Assembly: GCF_009914755.1 (NCBI RefSeq)
Contig: NC_060926.1
From: the human T2T-CHM13v2.0 reference genome, Homo sapiens
Length of the DNA stretch: 64,000 nucleotides
Direction: 5' to 3' (one strand)
Shown: piece by piece, positions 62,293 to 64,000 of the stretch
Layout: the number at the start of each line of letters is the position of its first letter
How positions within the stretch are numbered: the stretch's first letter is position 1
Notes under the pieces: generated by a model
The model's input: only the letters and a program-made list of their open reading frames with translations
What the model was told of the DNA's origin: nothing
Database searches by the model: none
Made by a program: the position numbers and the translations under genes

Positions 62293-63187
62293 TGGTTTCT
62301 TTAAGCATATTGTCTTGCTTTGTCCGTTTTTTCTTTTCAGCTATTTGTGCCCTGTCTTTGAATGCCAAGCATTTAAAATTCTCTTCTACTATGGGTATGT
62401 ATGTGCCAAGGTTTTTCTCTAGTTATGCTCTGCTCACCTGCTAAGTCTGCCTGGTATATTTGCTGATCTCATAGATACGCTGGTATTTCTTGTCCCTCCT
62501 AGCCATGCCTGGTCATGTTCAATGTGCCGAAATGGATCCTGGACAACACAAACAGAGAAAAAGGCAAGGAATCAGGTAATCGAAGAACTATGCAAAAAAG
62601 ATGTTGCTTCAGAATATAGAAGGTTAGAGGAATTGAGAAGGAATATGTGAGCAATAGATTTAAACTGTCCAAGGTCAGCACAATGTTTATTGAGCAACAA
62701 CAGTGTGCTAGTAACTATAGATTCAAAGGAAAATAATACAGGATTGAAAAGCCAAAGCAGAATCTTAGAATAAGAAGACAGGCAAGCCCAGTTCAGATGC
62801 AGGGAATACAAAAAGATTAGGGTCAAGGTTGAGTCAAAGGCAAGTTGATCAGAGATCATGTTCATCTAAGGACTAAGAGTTTCAAATAGTGGATCAGAGT
62901 CAGCCCAGCTGTTATCAGAGGAGTAATAAAAGTAAACAAGAGACTGCTGCCTCTACTCTGGATGTAGAACGCTTCAAGATAATATTGTTCTAACTGTAAT
63001 GATGAGAATGAGTTAAGAATGTACAGAAGCATAGCTATTTTAAGCCCCTTAGAGAGCTTGCAAAGAAACCTAATGAATGAAAATCCAAGAACTGGCAAGC
63101 CCTCCTAGGAAAGAATGGACCCATGGTAAAGTAGCAACTTCAGCAGAAGAGAATATCCATAGATGTACGCAATAACAAAGCAGCTGA

Positions 63188-63350
63188 GGCTGGGTGCAGT
63201 GGCTCATGCCTGTAATCCTGGCACTTTGGGAGGCTGAGGTGAAAAGGATTGCTTGAACCCAGGAGTTTGAAACTAGCCTGGGCAACATAGCGAGACATCA
63301 TCTCTATTAAAAATAATAATAATAACAATAATAAATTTAAAAAGAAAAAA
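63188..63350 (+). mobile_element. FLAM (Alu left monomer)
   Basis: Single monomer with an (AAT)n tail; TSD AAA(G/A)CAGCTGA. Confidence 0.88.
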
Positions 63351-63807
63351 ACAGCTGAATCTTTAATGCAATTGTAATGATGGAATGTGGGACAGTTTCG
63401 AATTCCTGGATGGTGAAGACACAGGGGAGTCTGAACCAAATTGATAACTCTTTTCCACAGGACTTTCCAATGAGTGCTCACAAAACAGGTTAGGGTAAAA
63501 GACCTGAGAGACAGATGTGCTACACCTGTTGAAATCTGAGGGTGAAGCAAGAGAATGGAGGAGCAATCTGGGCCTTACACAGAATATGAGGGAGCAATTG
63601 CCTACCAGTGGGGAAGAGACAGATAAGCTGAGAGACAACCTCCCTGAATCAGGCAGCAGCCATTTATGGCTTGGGGGAGCTCAGTGAGATCCCCTGAGGA
63701 GCAGTCACATGGACCCTGCTGACATTTGTGCACACATCAAAAGAAGGAAGGCAAATCCTCCAGGAACTCAGACTCCAAGCCCTGCTAAAAGAAACGTCTT
63801 GATATTA

Positions 63808-63980
63808 GAGGGCCAGGACTAAGGTGAGGCAAATAAGGTGAATGAGGCACTTGCCTTGGGCACAAAAGGGGGAGGCAAGAACACTCAATTAATCAATAAA
63901 TAATATTTTAATGCAATATTTTAAAAATTCAGTTTGTGCAAAAAGTCCATGATGAGAAAAATATGAAAAAATTTAAAAAG
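63808..63980. mobile_element. MER96B-like hAT DNA transposon fragment
   Basis: GGCCAGGACTAAGGTGAGGCAA...GAGGCACTTGCCTTGGGCACAAAA. Confidence 0.7.
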
Positions 63981-64000
63981 GCCTGAAGTGTGGCTCAGGC

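Overview
Gene-free, repeat-dense primate genomic DNA, most likely human because it carries an AluYb8-type element. I find no supportable protein-coding gene, RNA gene or CRISPR array. The longer ORFs in the track are Alu read-throughs, decayed L1 fragments or microsatellite translations. The window holds about 30 Alus, several large old L1s (near full-length L1MA4/5-like on minus, L1MC1-like on minus, L1MB8-like on plus), a 5'-truncated L1PA7/8-like copy, MaLR and ERVL LTRs, ERVL pol remnants, MIR/L2 fragments and DNA transposons. The most notable signal is a hidden inversion at about 26.85-31.15 kb, shown by two Alus with swapped target-site duplications (TSDs) and an L1 that continues on the opposite strand. 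Its left breakpoint is an Alu-5'/L1PA-3' fusion with a probable 3' transduction. Other points of interest are a young AluYb8 arm nested in an older Alu, a templated insertion copied from about 2.1 kb away, an orphan promoter-like module at 4.5 kb, and a HOX/PBX/MEIS motif cluster at 49.9-51.3 kb. I do not see a new multi-gene biological system. Repeat subfamily names come from recalled consensus sequences and need RepeatMasker/Dfam confirmation; boundaries of old repeats are approximate.
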